From Candidatus Latescibacterota bacterium (GTDB taxonomy: Bacteria > Latescibacterota > UBA2968 > UBA8231), in assembly GCA_964291625.2 (NCBI GenBank), contig OZ220090.1, forward strand, positions 96,001-160,000: a stretch of DNA of 64,000 nt. Direction: 5' to 3'. Below the pieces are notes generated by a model. It was not told where the DNA came from, made no database searches, and saw only the letters and a list, made by a program, of their open reading frames with translations. This document shows, piece by piece, positions 47,497-55,293 of this stretch. Positions within the stretch are counted from its first letter, which is position 1, and each line of letters starts with the position of its first letter. A program made the translations under genes and the position numbers.

Positions 47497-48516
47497 CTAC
47501 GCTCCGCCCACCTTCGGCAGGGCCGCCTCCAGCGCCGCGACCCCTTCCTCGGTGACGCCGTCGTTGTCGCCGACGTAGATCCACTCGAGCTGCTTCAGAC
47601 GCTGCAACAGCCGCAGCCCGGCGTCGGTGATGGCCGTCATCCCGAGGTCGAGGCCGGTGAGGGTGGGGGTCCGTTCCCACAGGGGAACGAGCTGCTCCAG
47701 GGCCGCGTCGTCGATGTTGCGGTTGCCTCCGTCGGACCCCCAGTTCATGACGATCGTGGCGAGGGGTTTGCCGTGCAGCTCGGCCACGCCCCGCCAGGTT
47801 ACGCCCCTGGGAATGAACATGTTCCTGAGGCGCGTGCACCGGGCCATGTGGGCCATGCCGGCGTCGGTGATCCGCTCGCTCGACAGCCGGATCTGCAACA
47901 GGGATTCGCCCCAGCCGCCGAAGACGGCCATGCTGGCGTCGGTGATCCGGCGCGAGGTACAGAAGAAGCTCTCCACCTTCGTCAGTCCCGAGAGATGGGC
48001 GATGCCCTCGTCGGTCAACCCGGGGATCCGGTGCAGGTCGAGGTGCCGGTGTCCCCGCATGCCGCCCAGCCAGCGCAGCCCCTCGTCGCTGATCGCGGCG
48101 CCTACTAGGCTGACCCAGACGAGGCCCCGCAGGCGTGACAGGTGTCGGCAGTCGTCGTCGGTCCACGCGACCGAGTTGTGCCAGCCGGTGAAGACGTACT
48201 GGAGGTCGCCCGGCTGCAGCAGGCTCAGTCCTTCGCCGAACCCTTCCACTCCCTCGGCGAGGGCGAGGCCGGCCTCCTGCCCCGCGGAGATGGAGACCGG
48301 ACCGCGCGCTTCCGCAACGCGGCGGAACCCCAGGTCTTCCCAGTCGCTGCGGTAGCCTCCCTCGACCGGGCTGCCCCAGTCTCTCGCGACGATCTCGCCG
48401 TATGCTCGGCCTTCGGGGAAGTGGATCACCCTCGGTCCCGGAGCTGGAGCCTCCAGGGCCGTGTACGGCGTCTCTCGGGGACGGCGAGGGGGCATGGGAG
48501 GGCTCCTCTTGGTCAC
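47497..48516 (-). CDS. Leucine-rich repeat (RNI-like) protein (start may be 48495)
   Basis: Repeats ISDEGLRWL, LTDEGIAHL, ITDASMAVF, ITDAGMAHM, IDDAALEQL, ITDAGLRLL, VTEEGVAAL. Confidence 0.85.
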   Translation of the reverse strand: MTKRSPPMPPRRPRETPYTALEAPAPGPRVIHFPEGRAYGEIVARDWGSPVEGGYRSDWEDLGFRRVAEARGPVSISAGQEAGLALAEGVEGFGEGLSLLQPGDLQYVFTGWHNSVAWTDDDCRHLSRLRGLVWVSLVGAAISDEGLRWLGGMRGHRHLDLHRIPGLTDEGIAHLSGLTKVESFFCTSRRITDASMAVFGGWGESLLQIRLSSERITDAGMAHMARCTRLRNMFIPRGVTWRGVAELHGKPLATIVMNWGSDGGNRNIDDAALEQLVPLWERTPTLTGLDLGMTAITDAGLRLLQRLKQLEWIYVGDNDGVTEEGVAALEAALPKVGGA

Positions 48517-48628
48517 TTGCTTTGCTCAGTGGCGGCCAGGACGCTATGCGGAGCCCACCCTGGGGGTGTGGCTACAGCGAAGCCTGGCGCCAAGCGGCCG
48601 GCGCCCCTCCCACAACTACCAATTCTGA

Positions 48629-49753
48629 CTATCTGGGCCGGACGGGAAGGAACCGCAGCTTCAGGGAAGCTTGTGCATAGGTTCCGGCCGTCCGACTCGC
48701 GGGAGGATCGACCACCTCAAGCATGGGAGGGTTGGCCAACTCGAGTGGTCTCAGAACCTGACGCTTATAGTGTGTCTCGCGGAATGCCGTCTCCGCTAGT
48801 ATGAATTCCTCGATCTCTTTGACCGACGCTTCGCGTCCCCCAAAGTGTGCGAGAAGCTCCGCCTGTAGGACGTCGTACCGAGGGGCGGTCTCAAACAGCA
48901 CGAGTTGGTCGGGATTGGTAGCATCCGAGAATCGGAATTCGCCCGCTTCGTCAACTTTCCACATAGCCTCCTTCATTCTCTTGAGCCCAAGGAGGCTGTT
49001 GGTCGCATGGAACAGGTAGTAATCGACAACGTCCTTCCTATTTCGCATCTCAAATGAACGCACATACTTGGCACAGGCAGACTCCCGCAATTGTCGAAGG
49101 TAGAGGTCATGTAGGAATCGATTGCGCCGATGGGGGTCGGGAAGCTGCAGCCCCTCTCGCCAATCTGACGTGCCGAAGAATACGTCGAAGTTATCCGTCT
49201 GGTCGGGATGTGCTAGGAACCGGTTGATTTCCTCGTACATGAAGGTGACGAGAACCTCGCAATTCCGGTTGCCCATGATTTCATGGACGACGGAGAAAGG
49301 AGCACCGGTCCACCCAAACGGATCGATGAATGCGAATGTTGGTGGCGCCGGCCTCCCTTGGGTTCTGTACGTACTGAGGATCCCGTCCATCGCCGTCTGG
49401 AAGCTATGACCGCCAATGACCTCAACTTGGAAGTTGTCCGGAAGCTCGACAGCGTCCACGATGGTCCTGAGCATGCCAGCACGCGCTGGGTCCTTCTCAA
49501 CGAAAACGAACCGGACCTCCGCTCTTCTCAAAGCTGGTTGATCCAGCGCCACGTCAAGCGCAATCACTGGGGAGCCCTCTTCTCCCCTGGAGTACCGGCC
49601 GGGCCCTGCGAAACCATCGATGTACATGACTTCGCGAAAACCGCCCTGCGCGAGGATCGGCATCCAAGCCTGGAGATAACGTCGTAGTATCTCGTGCTTC
49701 GCTCGCGTGTGCGGCTCGATGTCCCACACCGTCTTCCGTGGCGTACGCATCAC
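48629..49753 (-). CDS. tcmP: Three-Cys-motif partner protein TcmP (SAM-methyltransferase-like)
   Basis: HTRAKHEILRRYL.AW, YIDGFAGPG...GSP, FVEKD, FIDPFG, YYLFHAT...GL..MKEAMWK; adjacent to DUF5131. Confidence 0.85.
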   Translation of the reverse strand: MMRTPRKTVWDIEPHTRAKHEILRRYLQAWMPILAQGGFREVMYIDGFAGPGRYSRGEEGSPVIALDVALDQPALRRAEVRFVFVEKDPARAGMLRTIVDAVELPDNFQVEVIGGHSFQTAMDGILSTYRTQGRPAPPTFAFIDPFGWTGAPFSVVHEIMGNRNCEVLVTFMYEEINRFLAHPDQTDNFDVFFGTSDWREGLQLPDPHRRNRFLHDLYLRQLRESACAKYVRSFEMRNRKDVVDYYLFHATNSLLGLKRMKEAMWKVDEAGEFRFSDATNPDQLVLFETAPRYDVLQAELLAHFGGREASVKEIEEFILAETAFRETHYKRQVLRPLELANPPMLEVVDPPASRTAGTYAQASLKLRFLPVRPR

Positions 49754-49800
49754 TATCAGCAGTCCTCGCGGAGGGATGCTCCCCGGTTTTGGTTACTGGT

Positions 49801-50556
49801 TTACTGTACCGTTTGGAGCGGGGTCGTCGATGAGAACAAATGTGGCCACTGATTCCACTCGCGGCCATCCAAGAGACGCCCGCCCGCTTTCGGTGTCGCT
49901 CCGCCCCACTGCTTGAAGAAGAAGGGGACGCCTGAGACTACACAACGATTCCTGATTTGGCGCGCCCAATCTGGGTGCATGTGACGGGCGCCAGGTCCGG
50001 ACTCGCCGCCGACAATGACCCAGTGGATGCCGCTGAGCTTGAGGCGCCTGATGGGTCCGATCAGGGGTTCCAGCGACAGAAAGCGCACTTGCGCAGCGGT
50101 ATCCGAGAGATGCCGAACCCTCGATAACTTGGTGCCGTCCTCCACCGAGACCCCAATCCAGATGTGGGCCGGCGCCGAGTTGTCCGCATACCGGGAGTTG
50201 ACGTACGCGCGGAGCCGAGAACTGCGCTTGGTGAGAACTTGAAAAATGTGCCAGTCAGCGCCCTCCATGGCTTCGAAGACCGCGTCGACGAAATCGCATG
50301 GTACGCTCTTGTGGAACAGATCGCTCATTGAATTGACGAAGATCATCCGAGGCCGACGCCAAGAGGCCGGCTGATGGAGCCGCTCCGGCCTGAGGGTGAG
50401 GTCAAAGCCATTCTCGAACGGATGGCCTCTCACCCCACGGAACCGCTCGGCTATCCGCTCGGCATAGCAGCGGTCGCAACCAGCACTGATCTTGGTACAT
50501 CCCGTCACCGGGTTCCAAGTCACGTCTGTCCATTCGATCGCGCTTGTGCCTGTCAT
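49801..50556 (-). CDS. DUF5131 / phage Gp37/Gp68 family protein (CX6CX2C, radical-SAM-like)
   Basis: IEWTDVTWNPVTGCTKISAGCDRCYA, FVNSMSDLFH, FQVLTKR, LSLEPL, WVIVGGESG, FFKQWGG. Confidence 0.92.
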   Translation of the reverse strand: MTGTSAIEWTDVTWNPVTGCTKISAGCDRCYAERIAERFRGVRGHPFENGFDLTLRPERLHQPASWRRPRMIFVNSMSDLFHKSVPCDFVDAVFEAMEGADWHIFQVLTKRSSRLRAYVNSRYADNSAPAHIWIGVSVEDGTKLSRVRHLSDTAAQVRFLSLEPLIGPIRRLKLSGIHWVIVGGESGPGARHMHPDWARQIRNRCVVSGVPFFFKQWGGATPKAGGRLLDGREWNQWPHLFSSTTPLQTVQ

Positions 50557-50758
50557 GGGCCCCAGCCTTGGTGGGTAGAACTACGTCCCAATAACCCCGC
50601 CCGCGAACCCCTAGCCTTCCTCTCTGAACAGCCGCACTGCGATTCAAGTAAATAAAGGTGCGCAAATGTGCAGTGTCAAGAGGATCATGAATTCGCTCTC
50701 AAGAGATGGACAATGCACTGCGAAAACGTGGTGCAGCACCGCCGGCGGTGTTCGGCGC

Positions 50759-51478
50759 TCAGCCCACCCCCAGCGCCACGCGGAACCCGTAGTCGGTCAG
50801 CTGCCGGTCGGGCAGGATCGCCGAGCGGTGGGCGCAGCGGGTAACCTTGACGGCGTGCCTCCACGAGCCGCCCCGCGAGGCGCGCCGCTGGCCGGCCTCC
50901 GCTCCGCGCGGGTTGCGCTCCGGCGAGACCGCGTAGTACCCGGCGTCGTACCAGTCGGAACACCACTCGTGGACGAGATCGCCCATGTTGTGCAGGCCGT
51001 AGCCGTTGGGCGGGTCCTGACCGACGCGGTCCGGCCGCTCCACCTCGTCACCGCGGTAGCGTGGGTCCATCCAGCAGGGAAGGCCGTCCCCCCAGGGGTA
51101 CTCCCGGTCCTCCATCCCGCCGCGGGAGGCCTTCTCGCGCTCGGCCTCCGTGGGCAGGCGGTAGCTCGCGCCCAGCCCGGCGGAGAGCCACTCGCAGTAG
51201 GCGACGGCGTCGAACCAGCTCACTGCCACGGCCGGCTGCTCCGGGTCGGCGAAGCGCCCGTCGTCCCAGGAGCGCGGCGGCGGCCGGCCGGAGGCGTCGA
51301 GGAAGATCTGGTACTCGGCGCGGGTCACGGGCCGCAGGGACAGGCGGAAGGCGTCGACCCACACGTCGTGGGGGGGTGCCTCGTTGGCGCGGCCCCGGTC
51401 GCACCCCATGCGGAACCAGCCCTCCGGGACCAGGGCCGTCTCCGGCGCCTCCGGAGAAACGCCCGGGGCGGCGTCCAC
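50759..51478 (-). CDS. SUMF1/EgtB/PvdO (FGE-sulfatase fold) protein
   Basis: FRMG, P.V.VSWFDAVAYCEW, RLPTEAEREKASRGG, YPWG, NGYGLHNM..V.EW..DWY, RGGSW, GFR. Confidence 0.85.
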   Translation of the reverse strand: MDAAPGVSPEAPETALVPEGWFRMGCDRGRANEAPPHDVWVDAFRLSLRPVTRAEYQIFLDASGRPPPRSWDDGRFADPEQPAVAVSWFDAVAYCEWLSAGLGASYRLPTEAEREKASRGGMEDREYPWGDGLPCWMDPRYRGDEVERPDRVGQDPPNGYGLHNMGDLVHEWCSDWYDAGYYAVSPERNPRGAEAGQRRASRGGSWRHAVKVTRCAHRSAILPDRQLTDYGFRVALGVG

Positions 51479-51486
51479 CGGTTGGC

Positions 51487-52353
51487 TCAGGAGCGCTCCG
51501 GCACGCCCGCGCTCTCGACGATGCCCACCCATTCCTCCGCGGACCCGCAGACCGAGGCCGGGTCCCGCCGGCTGCGGGCGATGAACCCGGGGACGCCCTC
51601 CCGCCCCGTGGGCAGGTCCGGGTGCGAGTAGCGCAGGTCCAGGCTCCAGCGGATGTGGTCGGAGACGTTCGGCTGCGAGCGGTGCATCGTCGTGTGCTGG
51701 ATCAGCAGCACCCCCCCGGTGCGCACCGGGCACGGGACGTGCTCGCCCGGGGGCAGCTCCTCGTCGACGACGCCCTTGAAGTTGCCCGCCGGCCCCATGC
51801 CCCTCTGGTGCTCGATCAGCTCCGAGCGGTGGCTGCCGGCGATCACCTCGAGGCAGCCGTTCTCCAGGGTGGCGTCCACGAGGGGGATCCAGAAGTTGAC
51901 CATGAAGGTCTCCGCCGCCGTGGGCTCCAGGTATCCCAGGTCCTGGTGCCAGGGCACGACCCCCTCGTCCTCGGCCGGCCTCTTGGCGCGGATGTTGAAC
52001 TGGGGATGGGCGAGGATCTCGGGGCCGATGACGGACTCGACCATGTCGAGGAGGGCCTCGCAGGTGTAGACCCGGAACATCCCCGGCGAGCGCATCTTGC
52101 CGCGGCCCAGGGCCAGCAGGGGCTCCGGGTCGTCGAGGTCCAGCGCCAGCCGGTGGAAGCGGCGCTCGAAGGGCTCGTCCTCGTGGGCATCGGCGATGCG
52201 GCCGTCGGCCAGGGCCTGGCGGGCGAAGGCGTCGACGGCCTCCTCCACCTCGGCGCGCAGGAGGTCGAAGACGGCCGGGTCGAGGGCGTCCTCCACGAGC
52301 AGGTAGCCCTGCTCCCGGTAGAAGTCGAGCTGGTGCGGGGTCAGTCCGGACAT
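51487..52353 (-). CDS. Phytanoyl-CoA dioxygenase (PhyH) family protein
   Basis: FYREQGYL, PWHQD, WIPL...ENGCLEVIAGSH, HRS.PN...RWSLDLRY. Confidence 0.9.
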   Translation of the reverse strand: MSGLTPHQLDFYREQGYLLVEDALDPAVFDLLRAEVEEAVDAFARQALADGRIADAHEDEPFERRFHRLALDLDDPEPLLALGRGKMRSPGMFRVYTCEALLDMVESVIGPEILAHPQFNIRAKRPAEDEGVVPWHQDLGYLEPTAAETFMVNFWIPLVDATLENGCLEVIAGSHRSELIEHQRGMGPAGNFKGVVDEELPPGEHVPCPVRTGGVLLIQHTTMHRSQPNVSDHIRWSLDLRYSHPDLPTGREGVPGFIARSRRDPASVCGSAEEWVGIVESAGVPERS

Positions 52354-52359
52354 TGTCGC

Positions 52360-52836
52360 TTATCCCTCCTGGGGGCCCGCCGGCGACGGGGCCCCCTTCC
52401 TCAGGGCCACGTACACACCGTTGAAAGAAGCCATCCTGCGGCCGTCCCGCCGCACCTCCACGGCCAGCTCCAGCCGCCCCCGGCCGGCGCGCAGGTCGGC
52501 GCCGAAGCGGTCCCACTCGCCGGCGCCGGGCGACGGGCACCAGGCTTCGAAGTCGCCGTCGATGGGGTGGTCGTAGTCGATGCGCCCCCGGCGGATGACG
52601 AGGGTGGCCGCGAAGGGCCACTCGGCGAGGCGGGCGTGGATCAGGGTCCAGCCGGCGAGCATGGCCAGGGCCGAGGCGCTGCCGGCGAAGACGGTGCCCA
52701 CGTGGTTGATGTTGGGGGCCAGGGGCGCGGCCAGAACCACGCCCTCCGCATCGCAGCCGGTGACCCTCACCCGCATCTGCCGAGTCAGCGGCACGTGCTC
52801 GTGGAGGAAGGTCTCGGCGTGGGCGGCGCCGATCAC
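52360..52836 (-). CDS. YiiD C-terminal-like thioesterase (hotdog fold)
   Basis: HVPLTRQM, APLAPNINHVGTVFAGS, AGW; GTGA overlap. Confidence 0.8.
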   Translation of the reverse strand: MIGAAHAETFLHEHVPLTRQMRVRVTGCDAEGVVLAAPLAPNINHVGTVFAGSASALAMLAGWTLIHARLAEWPFAATLVIRRGRIDYDHPIDGDFEAWCPSPGAGEWDRFGADLRAGRGRLELAVEVRRDGRRMASFNGVYVALRKGAPSPAGPQEG

Positions 52837-53828
52837 GGGTCGGAGGCCGCCAGGTGCCGCTGCCGCGGATGGTCCAGCACCTCGGGGTTGAGCAGGTGGG
52901 GCGGCACCCGGCCCTCGAGGGCGTCGATCACCTGGGTCACGGTGCGGCGGTCGAGGCGGGCCGTCGACTGGGCGGTGATGCCGGCGTTGTGGTTGGTGGC
53001 GATCACCCTCGGGTGATCGCGGTGGATCTCGCGGCCGTCGCGCACCGGGTCGTCGATGACGTAGTAGTAGAGGTGGCCGGCGTCGAGCGCGCGCCTCACG
53101 TCGGCGTCGACCACGAGGTTGCCCCGCGACGGGTTGAGGAGCGTGGCGTGGGGTGGCATCTGGCGCAGCTCCTCGAAGGTGACCACGGGCCGGTCGCCGG
53201 CCAGGTGCAGGGAGACGGCGTCGCTGCGCCGGAACAGCTCCCGGGGATCGTCGACGGCCTCGGCGCCGTGGCGGGCGGCGAGGTCGCCGATGTCGTCGCG
53301 CACGTCGTAGACCAGCAGCCTCCCCTCGGGGCCGAGGAGGGGCCGGGCGCGCTCGGCCACGGCCTGCCCGATGCGGCCGAACCCGTAGAGGCCGAGGGTG
53401 GTGCCGGCGGCCTCGTAGGTGACCATGAGGGCCTGATCGCCGGCGTGGGCGTTGCGGTTGATGGTGTAGAGGCGCTTGAGGGTGGCCAGCCACTGGGCGA
53501 TGGTGTACTCGGCCACCGTCTGCATGTGCTCGGGGGCGCAGGTCACGAGGATGCCGCGCTCGGTGCACAGGTCGATGTGGACCTTCTCGAAGCCGACGCC
53601 GTAGCGGGCCACGTGGCGCAGCCCGGGGCTGGCGTCGTAGAACCCGGGGTGGATCCACAGGGAGCTGGCGATGACGGCGGCCACGTCGGGGCCGCCGCCC
53701 TCCGTGTCGAGCTCGCCGTCGTAGGGTTCGACCTCGCCGAAGGAGGAGAGCCGTTGGAGGGCGTCGCGCCGAACCTGCGAGTCGAAGTCGGGACGGAAGA
53801 AGTCGGACTTGACGAGGAATCGAGGCAT
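52833..53828 (-). CDS. D-isomer-specific 2-hydroxyacid dehydrogenase
   Basis: ARYGVG, VAEYT, GLYGFGRIG, NPSRG, TNHNAG. Confidence 0.85.
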   Translation of the reverse strand: MPRFLVKSDFFRPDFDSQVRRDALQRLSSFGEVEPYDGELDTEGGGPDVAAVIASSLWIHPGFYDASPGLRHVARYGVGFEKVHIDLCTERGILVTCAPEHMQTVAEYTIAQWLATLKRLYTINRNAHAGDQALMVTYEAAGTTLGLYGFGRIGQAVAERARPLLGPEGRLLVYDVRDDIGDLAARHGAEAVDDPRELFRRSDAVSLHLAGDRPVVTFEELRQMPPHATLLNPSRGNLVVDADVRRALDAGHLYYYVIDDPVRDGREIHRDHPRVIATNHNAGITAQSTARLDRRTVTQVIDALEGRVPPHLLNPEVLDHPRQRHLAASDP

Positions 53829-53857
53829 GGCTCCAAAGATAGGGGCTGGGGGGCGGG

Positions 53858-55291
53858 TCAGGCCCCGATGGGCGGACGGCGTCCGGACCAGGGACGGGCC
53901 GCTTCCAGCTGCGACGCCAGCCGGAAGAGGATGTCCTCGCCCCCGTAGGGCGCCGCGAGCTGCACGCCGATGGGCAGGCCTTCCTCGTTCCAGTGCAGGG
54001 GGACGGAGGCCGCCGGCACGCCGGCGCAGTTGCAGATCGGCGTGAAGGCGACGAAGGAGAGGACGTACTCCAGGGCCTCGTCGGGATCGGTCTCCAGCGA
54101 CGGCTCCAGCCTCCCCAGCAGTTCCGGCGGCCGTCCGAGGGTCGGCGTGAGCCAGATGTCGGTCTCCGCGAAGAACGCCGCCAGGCGCCGGCCCACGGCC
54201 TGGGTGACCTCCACGGCCTGCAGGTAGCGGGAGGCGCTCAGGCCGGCGCCGCGCTCGTAGAGCCGCCAGGTGGCCGGATCGTACTTCGCCGGCGACGGGG
54301 CGACGCCGAAGTGCCGCTCGATGCCGTCGAGGGAGGCGGCCACGCCGGCGGCGAACATGGCGATGAAGGCCTCCTCGAAGGGGGGGTAGTCGAACTCCGG
54401 CGAGCCCTCGTCCACCTCGTGCCCCAGGTCCCGGCACAGGGCCGCCGTCTCCTCCACGGCGCGGGCGCAGTCCGGGTGCACCGCCGATCCGCGGAGCGCC
54501 TCGGCGGTCCACGCGATGCGCAGCCTCCCGGGATCGGCCCCCACCTCCTCGGCGTAGGGCCGCCGCGGCGGCGGCGCCCACCAGGGGTCGCCGGGCACCC
54601 CGCCGGCGATGGCGTCGAGGAGCACGGCGCTGTCCCTCACCGAGCGCGTCAGGGCGTGATTGACGGACAACCCCTGGTCCCCGGCGCCGGGAGCCGTGGT
54701 CGCCCGGGCCCGCGTCGGCTTGAGTCCGAAGAGGCCGCAGCAGGAGGCGGGGATGCGGATCGAGCCGCCGCCGTCGTTGCCGTGGGCGGCGGCCACCATC
54801 CCCGAGGCCACGGCCGCCGCCGAGCCGCCGCTGGAGCCGCCCGCGGAGCGCTCGGGATCCCAGGGGTTGCGGGTCGGTCCGAAGAGGCTGGGCTCGGTCG
54901 TCGCCGAGGCGCCCAGCTCCGGGGTGTTCGTGCGGCCGATGAAGACCAGCCCCGCGGCGCGCAGCCGCTCCACCAGGACGTCGTCGAAGTCGGGCGCGAA
55001 GTCGCCGAGCACCGCGGCCCCGGAGGTACGGCGAACCCCGGCCAGGGCCGCTCCCAGATCCTTCAGCAGGTAGGGCACGCCCTTCAGGGGGCCCTCGGGC
55101 AGGGGGCCCCTGGCCGCCTCGCGGGCGCTGTCGAAGAGGGGGGTGACCACGGCGTTGAGGGCGGGGTTCAGCGCCTCCACGCGGGCGATGGCGGCGTCCA
55201 CCAGCTCCAGGGGCGTCACCTCGCCGGAGCGGACCAGGGCGGCTTGCGCCGTGGCGTCCAGCCAGGCCGGATCGATTCCGTCCGCCGCCAT
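53858..55291 (-). CDS. Amidase (amidase-signature family)
   Basis: [47 protein letters not shown]. Confidence 0.92.
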   Translation of the reverse strand: MAADGIDPAWLDATAQAALVRSGEVTPLELVDAAIARVEALNPALNAVVTPLFDSAREAARGPLPEGPLKGVPYLLKDLGAALAGVRRTSGAAVLGDFAPDFDDVLVERLRAAGLVFIGRTNTPELGASATTEPSLFGPTRNPWDPERSAGGSSGGSAAAVASGMVAAAHGNDGGGSIRIPASCCGLFGLKPTRARATTAPGAGDQGLSVNHALTRSVRDSAVLLDAIAGGVPGDPWWAPPPRRPYAEEVGADPGRLRIAWTAEALRGSAVHPDCARAVEETAALCRDLGHEVDEGSPEFDYPPFEEAFIAMFAAGVAASLDGIERHFGVAPSPAKYDPATWRLYERGAGLSASRYLQAVEVTQAVGRRLAAFFAETDIWLTPTLGRPPELLGRLEPSLETDPDEALEYVLSFVAFTPICNCAGVPAASVPLHWNEEGLPIGVQLAAPYGGEDILFRLASQLEAARPWSGRRPPIGA

Positions 55292-55293
55292 CG

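Noticed and set aside
49801-50556. Gp37/Gp68 gene as evidence of a prophage
   Set aside because: No structural, terminase or integrase genes; paired with TcmP instead
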